Source of the DNA: an uncultured Acidimicrobiia bacterium
GTDB taxonomy: Bacteria > Acidobacteriota > Terriglobia > Versatilivoradales > Versatilivoraceae
Length of the DNA stretch: 64,000 nucleotides
Assembly (NCBI GenBank): GCA_963786955.1
Contig: CAWBAT010000005.1
Coordinates: 768,001 to 832,000, forward strand
Direction of reading: 5' to 3'
The first letter of the stretch is position 1, and every line of letters begins with the position of its first letter. A program made the translations under genes and the position numbers. Of the stretch, positions 1 through 9,740 are shown in pieces. The notes below the pieces were generated by a model, which saw only the letters and a list, made by a program, of their open reading frames with translations, was not told where the DNA came from and ran no database searches.

Positions 1-1606
1 TTACTAGAATCTTCTCTGCGGCCAGGATGCCTCTATATTGAGCTTCCTCGAAAATCGAAAATCCGCTGAGATCTGAATGGGCAAAGTGAATATTCCCGAT
101 CGACTGTGCCGCCTCTTGCCTGGCGGCCCCCCACATGAATCCGGGTCTTGGTCGCACCATGGCGTGTCCCCAGCGGAACACGTCAACCTGAGTGATCAAT
201 TGTGCAATGTCGGGATGGGGTTTGCTAAGATCTCGAACAATGAAGTCGAGCCAACTTCTCCAATCCATCTCCAACAACCGAGTTCTCTCATGGGAAGCCG
301 GAGGATCCCGTCATCGCGTAGTAGTAGGTGAACACGGTTTCAGGAATAAATGTCTTTAGACTCTGATGTGTCGCGACCACATATCCGAGAGATTCACTGT
401 CGTAGATGACATTATCCCAGGAAAGAGGGAAGCCGCTTCGAGGGAGCGGGAAATTTTTCAAGCTCAGGTTGGCGACCATCCAGGGGGCATATTCGAATTC
501 AGCCGAAATTCTCGAGGTTGTCTTCTGCCGCAGGATCTAACAAGTATTTTCCCAAGAATCTCGGACAGGAAAGAACCACATGGGATGCCTGAATGCGTGT
601 CGAGCTCCCCGTCTGGAAATGATAGACATCGACCAGCACCGAGTTTTTTGCCGGCTGCAACACGAAAGACCAATGAGCTGAGTCGTGATCGACGTTGCCA
701 GTGATTCCCGCAATCGGCGAATGATCCAGCCATTCCCTTCGGGCCAGGTCAGCACACTTGTATTTTCGATCTCTTCGTCTCCCGCATCCCGACTGGCAAA
801 ATAATGCAGTCCCGCCCAGGCGGAAACGATGGTATAAGACGTCCCAAAGTCGTCACGACAGGCATAATTGATATACCAGTGCAAGTGAGGAGAATCAAAA
901 TGATTACTCTTCAGATACTCGTGCATCGAAATTCGATCCAAATCCAGAAACTCCGGATCCCGCGAGCTGAAATCCATGGGGATCGCAAACGGTTTCCGCC
1001 CATCTTTGCCGCGCCGGTGCCGATAACTGAGCATCAAATCCTTAAATCGATTGTACTCGTCCAGATCCCTTCGTGTGGCGCCGACCAGCGGGAGAAGTCC
1101 TTCTTGCCAGCGTCCATGGAGATAAAGACGTTCTTGGGGATCAGAAGCAAAGATACTGCTCCCGATAAATGGGCGTCCCTGCACTCGTGTAGCCTTCAAT
1201 AACCCCAACTCTTCCAGGAGTTCAACAACCGCCTTCGACTCACGGGTCGGAATGGGAAGGTAATGAGCCCCCCACGGAAACGGCGTAATCCGGTTTTCTC
1301 CGAAGATGGCATTCCCTCCGCACTCCGGCTCAAGCTCAAAGAACTGAAATTCATGGAACCCTGCCTTCTTGAGCTTCCAGGCTGCGCTCAACCCCGAGAC
1401 TCCACCCGCCGATGATGACTACCGGGACCTTATTTCATGCGATGGTGCAGGGATCTTCCCCTCTCGAAGCAAATGTCCGACCTGGTGAAAGGGGCCCTTA
1501 AGTTCACCTGTGATGGAGTGAAGTGGGGAGTCTTCCTGCAGGAAGAAAGAACTCCACCTGCAGAGGCAAGAGCGGATACCAATTGAAGAAACTTACGGCG
1601 GTTCAC
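1..1606 (-). CDS. FAD-dependent amine oxidase-like oxidoreductase with Tat/lipoprotein signal (frameshifted, runs off window end)
   Basis: GTG start at 1606 overlaps the speE stop. N-terminus [23 protein letters not shown] has a twin-arginine motif and lipobox. Fragments 537-1391 (PWGAHYLP, SAWAGLHYFASR, LTWPEGNG) and 288-479 (LSWDNVIYDS); C-terminal FSIFEEAQYRGILAAEKIL read at 1-60. Confidence 0.8.
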
Positions 1607-3101
1607 GGCGTCACCTGATGCCACTCGGATTCGTAGTATTGGACCAGAGCCTGGTTGTTGAGCCGGTTGATTTCCACTTCGACCGGCTGCATATCGTTGG
1701 GAAATTGGAAAAGTGCCGGAGCCGTTTCCGCCGTCAGAAACTTTAGGTCCGGGAGAAAAGTTTGGGGAACAGCATAGGGCCGCTTGGTAGCCAATACGAA
1801 ACCCCCACTCTCCAAAAGACGGGACATAGGTGTGGTAAGGCTTTACCTGGAATCCGACGCTTTCTAAGGTTTTCGTGATGCACCAAAATGAGCGGCGAGC
1901 AAACAAAGGCGACGTGGCTTGAACGACGACTGCGCCATTTACTGACAGATGCTTTTCCAGTAGCCGATAAAAAGCCGTTGTATAAAGCTTCCCCAGGGAG
2001 TGACTGGTCGGATCCGGGAAATCGATCACCGCAAAATCAAACATCTCATCACTTCCGTCCAGCCAGATAAAGGCATCGGCATTGATCACTTTGACTTTTG
2101 GCGAATGAAAGGAGTCCTGATTGAGCTTCCGCAGAAGAGGATTCTGCGTGAAAAGCCGGGTCATCTCCGGGTCTAAATCGACCAGCAGAATCTGTTCGAC
2201 ACATTCGTATTTCAGAATCTCGCGAATCGCCAATCCATCACCACCGCCCAGCACCAAAACATGCTTTGGCGCTTGTAGGAATTGAAGCCCGGGATGAACC
2301 AGAGCTTCGTGATAGCGATATTCGTCCCTGGAACTGAATTGCAGGTGACCATTGAGGAATAAACGCAGGTCATCCTTCCAGCGTGTCAACACAATCCGTT
2401 GATAGGGAGAAGACGTGGCGAAAATGATTTCATCACTGTAGAGATTCTCCTCGGAAAGCGTGGTAATCGGGTCGGCATAAACCAATCCCAGGAGAAGTGC
2501 CAGCGATGACGGCTAGACATTGACTGCGCATAAAGAGCACCTGAGGGAGTTGCCGACGAAACACCCAGGTTGTCCAGGCAGCCACCAAGGCATTGAGGAG
2601 TCCAAAAAAAAGGCTAGCCCTGACTAACCCCAGCTTGGGAGCTAGTACGATAGGGAACAAAAGGGATGCAACCAGCGCGCCTAAATAGTCGAACGTCAAG
2701 ACCTGCGAGACCAAATCTTTAAAGGCGAGTCGCTCCTTCAAAATTCTTAGCAAAAGCGGAATTTCCAGTCCCACGAGGACACCAATGATTGAAACCAAGA
2801 AGTAGAGGACGATCCGGAAAGAGTTGACATACGAGAAGATCAGGAATAAAGCGGCCGCGGAATAACCTCCGATGATGCCAACAAACAGTTCCATGAGAAT
2901 GAATTTGGAAATCAGGCCTTTGCCGATGTATCGAGAGAGATAGGACCCCATCCCCATCGAAAACAGATACGTCCCGATGATGGTGGAAAATTGAGTGACC
3001 GAATCCCCTAAGAGGTAGCTCGCCAGAGTACCCGCGATCAGTTCATAAACAAGTCCGCAAGAAGAAATAATGAAAACGGAGATCAGGAGAGCGTAAGTCA
3101 T
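1603..3101 (-). CDS. speE: Membrane-fused polyamine aminopropyltransferase (spermidine synthase-like), frameshifted
   Basis: N-terminal TM fragment 2433-3101 ([19 protein letters not shown]). Catalytic fragment 1430-2485 ([33 protein letters not shown]). C-terminus in 1603-1827. Confidence 0.9.
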
Positions 3102-3262
3102 GAGGGATTGGTCGAGGACAAGTGGTGAGTACTGGGCAATCTATCGAAGCTGCCCATTTGATACTGGGCTGACTGGCCGGCCACTCAAAAAAGGCCGGCC
3201 GAAGTTAAGGTGCCATGAGCGCTAACTTTAAAGTTCTGTCGCGAACTTGCATACAGAAAAGC

Positions 3263-3401
3263 GAAACGCCGCGGGACGGCGCCAAGAACACAATAGCAGC
3301 AGAACCTGAGGCCGCCGGAGTGCTTTCAACAATGTCTTTGGGTACTTCGTCGGCAGTCACGATTAGCTGTACCTTGGCGATCTTTGCGTTCCTGGCGTTT
3401 C
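3263..3401. mobile_element. 9-mer-arm element copy (MITE-like), 139 bp
   Basis: Degenerate left arm GAAACGCCGCGGGACGGCGCCAAG (3263-3286); right arm CTTGGCGAT CTTTGCGTT CCTGGCGTT TC (3373-3401). Confidence 0.65.
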
Positions 3402-3432
3402 CATCAGCCGATTAAGCGCTGTCTCAAGCGAG

Positions 3433-3651
3433 TCAGGAATGAATCGCGGCAGCAATGATGATACAAATGCCTAGCGACATCGCTCCAACTACAATGGCGA
3501 GAGCCGTATTATGCTCCTCAATAATTTCCTTCCACAGGTGATAGGGCGTTAGTTTGTCTATCAAGACAAATGAAACCCAGAAAATAAAGATCCCCAGAAC
3601 AGAAAAGACAACCGCATTCAATACGAAACCAAAATTGATCAGTCCGCTCAC
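3433..3651 (-). CDS. DUF350 (YjfL-like) small membrane protein
   Basis: IDKLTPYHLWKEIIEEHNTALAIVVGAMSLGICIIIAAAIH; GGAGG upstream of GTG at 3651. Confidence 0.85.
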   Translation of the reverse strand: MSGLINFGFVLNAVVFSVLGIFIFWVSFVLIDKLTPYHLWKEIIEEHNTALAIVVGAMSLGICIIIAAAIHS

Positions 3652-3674
3652 GTTCGCCTCCCCTCCTTTGCCTT

Positions 3675-3845
3675 TCACTTGTGATAGAAACGCTGATAGA
3701 CACTTCGATAGGCGCCTGGATTGTCACGTATCGATTTGGGAATATTTTTCACTTCATCGTAACTCGTCAGACTCCACCCCCGATATTCAGCCCCCGTGTA
3801 AAGCCCCAGGACCAAAGTCCCGAAAAGCAAAAGAAAACGATACAT
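3675..3845 (-). CDS. Small single-TM hypothetical protein of the DUF4178/DUF350 operon (one frameshift; absent from ORF track)
   Basis: Manual reading: MYRFLLLFGTLVLGLYTGAEYR / GWSLTSYDEVKNIPKSIRDNPGAYRSVYQRFYHK*. It fills the gap between DUF4178 and DUF350. Confidence 0.65.
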   Translation of the reverse strand: MYRFLLLFGTLVLGLYTGAEYRGWSLTSYDEVKNIPKSIRDNPGAYRSVYQRFYHK

Positions 3846-3847
3846 GC

Positions 3848-5173
3848 CTATTCATCCTCCTTAGCGGTAACCATGGGGTGGTCACTTTCCGCCCATCTCC
3901 GGTATTCGAAGGAACGTCTTCTTGACCAAAGCATGAGAGGAATCAATAACAGGCCACCGAGAGCCATAAAAAAATACGTCCAGCGGGGGACGTCCCGGTA
4001 CACCCGAATGGAATAGTTCATCTCCCGAACTTGTGCATCCGGCTCGATGCGCAAGTAGTAATGTCCAGAAGGCACGGCAGGGATAATTGCCTCATCGCTT
4101 GGGCTGCCTTCTTTCCATGATTCGCCCCCATCGTAACCGTGGTAATAGCTGACCTCCCGGCCAAAGTCGTAGGCATTGCCAGTCTCTTCGTTGATCAGGG
4201 CCAGATTGAGATAGATCCAACTGTTATCCACGTTTGCGCGGCTTTCAATAATTACGTTGGAAGGGCGGCCTGTCAGTTCAAAGATGTCGGTGACTCGCGC
4301 CTTCTCCACATCCGCCTGGTGAAAAGCAAAAGCGTTCTGATAGACGAGCCTATTTTGAGAGAGAAGTAAGAAAAGTATTTGGAGAAAAAGGAGCAAGAAG
4401 AATAAAACGCTCCAAACCTTCCATATTTTTCCAGATTGCTCTTCGAAAGGCGAGGGTTGATTGGGAGCGACTCCGACCTTGGGCGGAATCGGCGTTTTCA
4501 GTTGAAAACTGCTCCACACAGTTTCCGGCTCAGTGTAGTCACCGATCGACCAGGTAACTTCCTTGTCGGTAACCTCTTTGCTTAGGATGTGAGGAGGAGC
4601 AACATAATCATGGACAGTACAGGTTTCTCCCACGGCAACCTTCCAATAAAACTCTCCGACCACGTAGCTCACTTGGGCCACGCAGGACTGGAAATGAAGG
4701 AAGGATTCTCCAAGATAATTCACCGGCCCCGTCGCCACTGTGAAAGTTTCTTTAGGAACATTGGTTGTGGTCCTTACATAGTTCCAATGTCCGTTGTATT
4801 CGGTCAGCCATCGAAACCCTTTGTAGGGGTTAAACAGGAGATACTCACTCCACTCATATTCGACGCCTTCCACTTCAATCTTGCGGCGAAGGTAACCGAT
4901 GGCCTCAAAGGGTTCTCCGCGAAGCTTTCCGCGAGTACCCAGAGGAATCATCGGCTCATATTTGATTCGAGCTTGGTAGGTCTCTATGATCCGCAGGTTT
5001 TCATCCGTCAGATCGATGACGGAGCCGCAAGTTTCACAGACGATGGACTCGGTCTGCTGCATGCCTCGGACAGTCAGAGAGTTACCGCAGCCCGGACAGG
5101 CAAAGGCTTTGACTGAGGGCGCGGATGGAGGGGAAAGCGGTGGTTGCAAAGTCGAATCCAATTTACCATCCAT
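3848..5173 (-). CDS. DUF4178 domain membrane protein with N-terminal Zn ribbon
   Basis: CPGCG...CETC zinc ribbon, WSEYLLFNPYKGFRWL, VVGEFYWKV, two TM segments. Confidence 0.85.
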   Translation of the reverse strand: MDGKLDSTLQPPLSPPSAPSVKAFACPGCGNSLTVRGMQQTESIVCETCGSVIDLTDENLRIIETYQARIKYEPMIPLGTRGKLRGEPFEAIGYLRRKIEVEGVEYEWSEYLLFNPYKGFRWLTEYNGHWNYVRTTTNVPKETFTVATGPVNYLGESFLHFQSCVAQVSYVVGEFYWKVAVGETCTVHDYVAPPHILSKEVTDKEVTWSIGDYTEPETVWSSFQLKTPIPPKVGVAPNQPSPFEEQSGKIWKVWSVLFFLLLFLQILFLLLSQNRLVYQNAFAFHQADVEKARVTDIFELTGRPSNVIIESRANVDNSWIYLNLALINEETGNAYDFGREVSYYHGYDGGESWKEGSPSDEAIIPAVPSGHYYLRIEPDAQVREMNYSIRVYRDVPRWTYFFMALGGLLLIPLMLWSRRRSFEYRRWAESDHPMVTAKEDE

Positions 5174-5792
5174 CGAATGCTTTTAACCCAGAGAGTTGTA
5201 ACTCGTCGAATTCAACATACTCGCCCAGAAAAACCAATGGGCTTTCTTCGCTATAGTCAATCGTTGCAAAAGTATTGTCTTCACCCACTAAGTCGACCAC
5301 GGGCGCTTCATAGCCCGGGCCAACTTGAAAGGGCAACTCCCCTTCTCCAGCGATACAGAGGGCCTTTTGGATATCCCGAATCTCGTACCGCTTTCCATTC
5401 AATTGAAGCTTTTTACCGGGAGCAACGTCTACAAAGGCCGGGACTGTCTCAGGGACCTGCACTAGAAACGAAACGGCATAAGTCCCTTGGGCTTCACCGA
5501 GCCATCCGTCTCGCATATCGTCAAACAAGAGATGCCATTCGTTCCAAAGCCCTTGGTCATAGCGCAATTGAATTCGTCCCACCACTCCGAAATGGACATT
5601 TCGGTAAATGCCCTCGGCCCGCAGTTGTACAGGGGTTCCGTCAACCTGCAGCTGAGCCATCTTGCCGATGTCCTCTAAGTTGAGGTCATGACGAACCAAG
5701 GTGGAGTGGCAGTACTCGCAAATGGCCAAAATCGAAGCTGCCGATTGGAAGTGAATGGCCGCGCCGCACGAGGGACAATTCGAAGTCATCAT
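5163..5792 (-). CDS. DUF4178 domain protein (short, Zn ribbon)
   Basis: CPSCGA...CEYC, GLWNEWHLLFDD, AGEGELPF, FATIDYSE. Confidence 0.85.
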   Translation of the reverse strand: MMTSNCPSCGAAIHFQSAASILAICEYCHSTLVRHDLNLEDIGKMAQLQVDGTPVQLRAEGIYRNVHFGVVGRIQLRYDQGLWNEWHLLFDDMRDGWLGEAQGTYAVSFLVQVPETVPAFVDVAPGKKLQLNGKRYEIRDIQKALCIAGEGELPFQVGPGYEAPVVDLVGEDNTFATIDYSEESPLVFLGEYVEFDELQLSGLKAFDGW

Positions 5793-5801
5793 TGAGCAAA
5801 C

Positions 5802-6170
5802 TCAAAGGGAGGATGTCTTCCCCTCCCTGTCGTAACAGCGGAGGTATTGCCGGACTTCGATGTCAGAGGCGCCGAGACGTGAAGATAGCGACGCCTTCCA
5901 GTCTATGGCTGGCCGGGGCCGGCAACAAAAGACATTCAAACAAACGGAAGAAAATTCCGGAAAAGAGTGAATCGTCAGATGCGACTCCTGCAAGAGCCAA
6001 ATTCCAGTAACCCCTCCATGCCCTGCAAATTGATGCCAAACTGGCTTGCCAATCGGGTTCAATCCCATCTCGCCAACGATTTGCTGGAAAAGCCCGCGCA
6101 ACTCGGTCAAGTCCTGCAAAGCCTCAGACCGGCACCCAAAAGCTTCAACCAACCACTCAACGCCACCCAA
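5802..6170 (-). CDS. speD: S-adenosylmethionine decarboxylase proenzyme
   Basis: GGVTGIWLLQESHLTIHSFPE (E-S autocleavage site); context with speE. Confidence 0.85.
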   Translation of the reverse strand: MGGVEWLVEAFGCRSEALQDLTELRGLFQQIVGEMGLNPIGKPVWHQFAGHGGVTGIWLLQESHLTIHSFPEFSSVCLNVFCCRPRPAIDWKASLSSRLGASDIEVRQYLRCYDREGKTSSL

Positions 6171-6227
6171 GCGATACTCCTTCCGTACTTAATACGAACA
6201 CAATAAATCGTGATATGTATCCAACCC

Positions 6228-6306
6228 AGACCCCCCTCAAGTCCCCCCTTTTTTAAGGGGGGACAAAGTAGAGACTGCTCCACCCTTGCACATGCAAGGG
6301 GGGACA
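6228..6306. repeat. CCCCC..GGGGG palindromic repeat pair
   Basis: GTCCCCCCTT-TTTT-AAGGGGGGAC (6241-6264) and CCCTTGCA-CA-TGCAAGGG (6283-6300). Confidence 0.6.
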
Positions 6307-6403
6307 CTGGTTGGTGAAGAACGAATTCCTCATTGGGGGATTGAGCATCTCCTCGAAGTCTTGAAACCCATAAAACTCGCGAGACGCCTGTACTCCCAGA
6401 ACT

Positions 6404-7405
6404 TCAGATGAGTTTCTTGAGTAACTCTGCCTTTTTTACTTCGAACTCTTCTTTCGTAAGAACCCCTTTGCTCATCAAATCATGTAATTTCTCAAGCAGT
6501 GCCGTGACTTCGGCAGTCGCATCAGTCGGGAGCTTCGGGGGCTGCATGGCGCTGGCCATCGAGGTCGCCATGGTCTGGCCAATAGTTAACCCCGCACCCA
6601 GCCCGGCTCCAATCCCTGCCACTCCGCCTTCGTTACCCGCCGCAATCGGAATGCTCTGAGCCGTTTGATACTGCGTGAACTTGGACATGTCTCCGATCAA
6701 TCCCATTCCGATGCGTTGATCCAGAACCTTTTGCAATTCGTCCGGAAGAGAAACATTTTGGACTTGGAGCGTATCGAGTGCCAAGCCGATCCGCTTGAAT
6801 TCCTGATCGAGTTTCTGCTTCATCTGGTTGCCCAGTTCATCCTGATTGGCTGCCATATCCAAAAAGGGGATAGACGATTGGCCAAACAAATCGGAAATGG
6901 AGGCGACAATTGTATTGCGCAATTGCCCGTCCAGGTCTGAGACCATATATTGTTCACGTGTACCACTCACTTGCATGTGAAAGGCACGAGGATCGAAAAT
7001 CTTGTAGCTATAGATTCCAAAGGCCCTTAGCCGGACAGCCCCGAATTCCTTGTCTCGAATAGTGATGGGATTTGCCGTTCCCCATTTTTGGTTCAGCTGT
7101 AATCGCGTGCTGAAAAAATACAGATCCGACTTGAAGGGAGATTCGAAAAGCTTATCCCAATTCATCAGGTTGGTTAGGAGAGGCAGAGTCTGGGTTGTCA
7201 ACGTATACCTTCCAGGGGGGAAGACGTCGGCAATTCTCCCTTCATTGACAAAGACAGACATCTGAGATTCGCGAACCGTCAGCGAGCCTCCATATTGGAT
7301 TTCAAAGTCCTGCATCGGATAGCGATAGGACAGAATTCCTTCACTGTTCTCCGTCCATTGAATGACATCAATAAACTGTTTCTTAAGAAAATCTTTCAGG
7401 GCCAT
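6404..7405 (-). CDS. SPFH/band-7 domain protein (YdjI-like) with C-terminal SHOCT domain
   Basis: QFIDVIQW, LTVRESQ, KWGTANPI, C-terminal LHDLMSKGVLTKEEFEVKKAELL. Confidence 0.85.
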   Translation of the reverse strand: MALKDFLKKQFIDVIQWTENSEGILSYRYPMQDFEIQYGGSLTVRESQMSVFVNEGRIADVFPPGRYTLTTQTLPLLTNLMNWDKLFESPFKSDLYFFSTRLQLNQKWGTANPITIRDKEFGAVRLRAFGIYSYKIFDPRAFHMQVSGTREQYMVSDLDGQLRNTIVASISDLFGQSSIPFLDMAANQDELGNQMKQKLDQEFKRIGLALDTLQVQNVSLPDELQKVLDQRIGMGLIGDMSKFTQYQTAQSIPIAAGNEGGVAGIGAGLGAGLTIGQTMATSMASAMQPPKLPTDATAEVTALLEKLHDLMSKGVLTKEEFEVKKAELLKKLI

Positions 7406-7637
7406 CGAACCCCTCCTTTGCTGAGGTCACCACAGGCTTCGGTGAATGAAACGTACTTTAAGTGATATTTGTTCCCATTTCCAAATTCAATCTATCAGAC
7501 TACACTGCGGGATGAACATGCCAATGTATTTATCTTGGAAAATGCCTTCCTTGAAGTCTTGTACTTTCAACAGGCTTGGCTTTATAGCCCTTCCGAGCTA
7601 AGATTCAATCCTGACTCTGAAGCACTGGAGAGGAATT

Positions 7638-8021
7638 ATGTCGGAATCAGTAACACGCGGGATTCGCGTTATCGCAGAGGCGACTTATCAGCCTGAACGT
7701 TCCTCCGCTAAGGACCAACACTATTTTTTTAGTTATCAAATCACCATTAGGAACGAAGGTGAAGAGACCGTCCAATTACTCTCGCGGCACTGGAAAATTC
7801 ATGACGCCGACGGCAACCAGGAAGAGGTCACTGGGCAAGGGGTCGTCGGGGAACAGCCCATCATTGTTCCGGGCGAACAATTTACTTATTCTAGTTTTTG
7901 CCCCTTGAAGACGGAAGTGGGCTCTATGCGAGGAACTTATCAGATGGCCACAGAGGAGGGGGAAAAATTTGATGTCGTCATTGCGCCCTTTACTCTCGCC
8001 ACCCCCTATTCCATTCATTAG
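7638..8021 (+). CDS. apaG: ApaG protein
   Basis: YFFSYQITIRN, VQLLSRHWKI, GVVGEQP, GSMRGTYQM. Confidence 0.95.
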   Translation: MSESVTRGIRVIAEATYQPERSSAKDQHYFFSYQITIRNEGEETVQLLSRHWKIHDADGNQEEVTGQGVVGEQPIIVPGEQFTYSSFCPLKTEVGSMRGTYQMATEEGEKFDVVIAPFTLATPYSIH

Positions 8022-8044
8022 ATCAATTCAAACGGAGTGTTGAT

Positions 8045-8919
8045 ATGCCTAAATTGAAGAACCTTATCTGGAGTCTTGCCCTGATGATCTGTTTGTGCCT
8101 ATTGGGCTGCGGAGGTCAGCCAACCAAGGAAACACCATCGCCCGCTCCTGCTCCTCCCCGTCAGAAAAAGCCCCTACTCCAGGGACTTCAGAGGAGCCGA
8201 GAAACCTGCAGCGCAACCGAGCCTGCAGCACCGACCGAAACCCCCGCCAAAGAGCCATCACTGAGTCAGCTCAAACAAAGAAACCCGGAACCAAACCGGG
8301 AGCTGAAACTGGCGCTCTTAAGCCGTCCCGGCCAAGCCAAAGGGACCTGCCCCAGAACTGTTTGACCCTTCCTTGGCAAAGGCAGTAGCCCCGCACAATA
8401 TAAGGTAAGGTTTGAGACCACAAAAGGAGATTTCGTCATCCAAGTCACGCGAGCCTGGGCGCCGCTCGGAGCGGACCGTTTCTACAATCTGGTGAAGGCC
8501 GGGTACTTCACCGATGTGGCCTTTTTCCGGGTCATCGAGGGATTCATGGCACAATTCGGGATCCACGGCGATCCAAAGGTCAGTGAAAAGTGGGAACCAG
8601 CCCACATCCAGGACGATCCGGTAAAAGAATCCAATGTGCGCGGGATGATTTCCTTTGCCACAGCGGGTCCAGGAACGCGAACCACCCAGCTATTCATCAA
8701 TTTTGGTGACAACAGCAAGTTGGATACGATGGGATTTTCGCCGTTCGGGAAAGTCATTGAAGGGATGTCAGTGGTGGACGCGCTCTATAAAGATTACGGA
8801 GAAGGTTACCCGAATGGCCGAGGTCCTTCACAAGGGCGAATTCAATCTGAAGGCAACACTACTTGAAGAGCGAATTTCCGAAATTGGATTACATTAAGCA
8901 GGCAACTTTTGTGAAGTAA
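8045..8919 (+). CDS. Cyclophilin-type PPIase lipoprotein (frameshifted)
   Basis: Lipoprotein signal (LLGC), Pro-rich linker, FFRVIEGFMAQFG, SNVRGMISFATAGPGTRTTQLFIN. Confidence 0.85.
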
Positions 8920-8970
8920 GGTCGAACCCTGAAGAACTGAGTTTCTTCGCGGGTGGACCCCAAAAAGATG

Positions 8971-9031
8971 GAAACGCCAAGAACGCTAAGATCGCCAAGT
9001 TTCCGCCGCTTTTCTTGGGCCTTGGCGTTTC
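8971..9031. mobile_element. 9-mer-arm element copy, 61 bp
   Basis: GAAACGCCAAG AACGCTAAG ATCGCCAAG ... CTTGGGC CTTGGCGTTTC, lying between convergent genes. Confidence 0.7.
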
Positions 9032-9065
9032 GGTTTATTTACAACTAGGGACACAGGGCTGCGCC

Positions 9066-9661
9066 TTAACCGGGTTTGGAAGTGGCTTGTTCGATGAGCC
9101 TCCGGGTCGCCTCGTCGAGATCCAATTGCAGAGCCATTCGCGTGCCCCTTGGAGCTCATTTTTTTCCAGGTTTTTTGAATGATCTCGACGAGTTTAGCTT
9201 CTTCTGTTTTTTCAGAGAACTCGGCAAATTGGCTTTCTAGAAAGACTAGACAGAGGGCGTCCTCCAACACTTGTGTCTCAAGGTCATGTCGGATGTCTTG
9301 TTTCAAGTTAAGTTCCCGGACTCGTTGAACGATTTCTTCAGAATAATGGAGGGCCCGAAGTGTTTCCTCCGCTCGGGAGGCATGATATTGGGACAGCTTT
9401 TTGCGCCAGTTCAAATATCCAACCCTTCCGGGGGGAAAGTCGCTTCGCGGAATTTTCCACCGCTCCAGATGCTGGGAGCGGGCGGCCAGCCGCAGGGCCT
9501 CGGAGGCGTTGGGTTGGAGTTGCAATACCCAACGCGTCAGTTCCCGGGCATACCACAATTCTCTGGGATGCTCCTGTCCCTGAATTCGCAGAACGTTCGG
9601 GTCTTGTCGCATTCAAGTAATCAAAAGCCTGAATGGCTTGTTGAAAGAGATCTTCCTGCAT
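9066..9661 (-). CDS. DUF4202 family protein (frameshifted)
   Basis: ASEALRLAARSQHLERWKIPRSDFP, LEDALCLVFLE, IIQKTWKKMS. Confidence 0.8.
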
Positions 9662-9740
9662 CGCTTCTATTCCTTTTTAATGAGACCCCTACTATGCTCT
9701 GCACTAATTCTCACCCCAGCACAAATATCCGGAGAAAACC

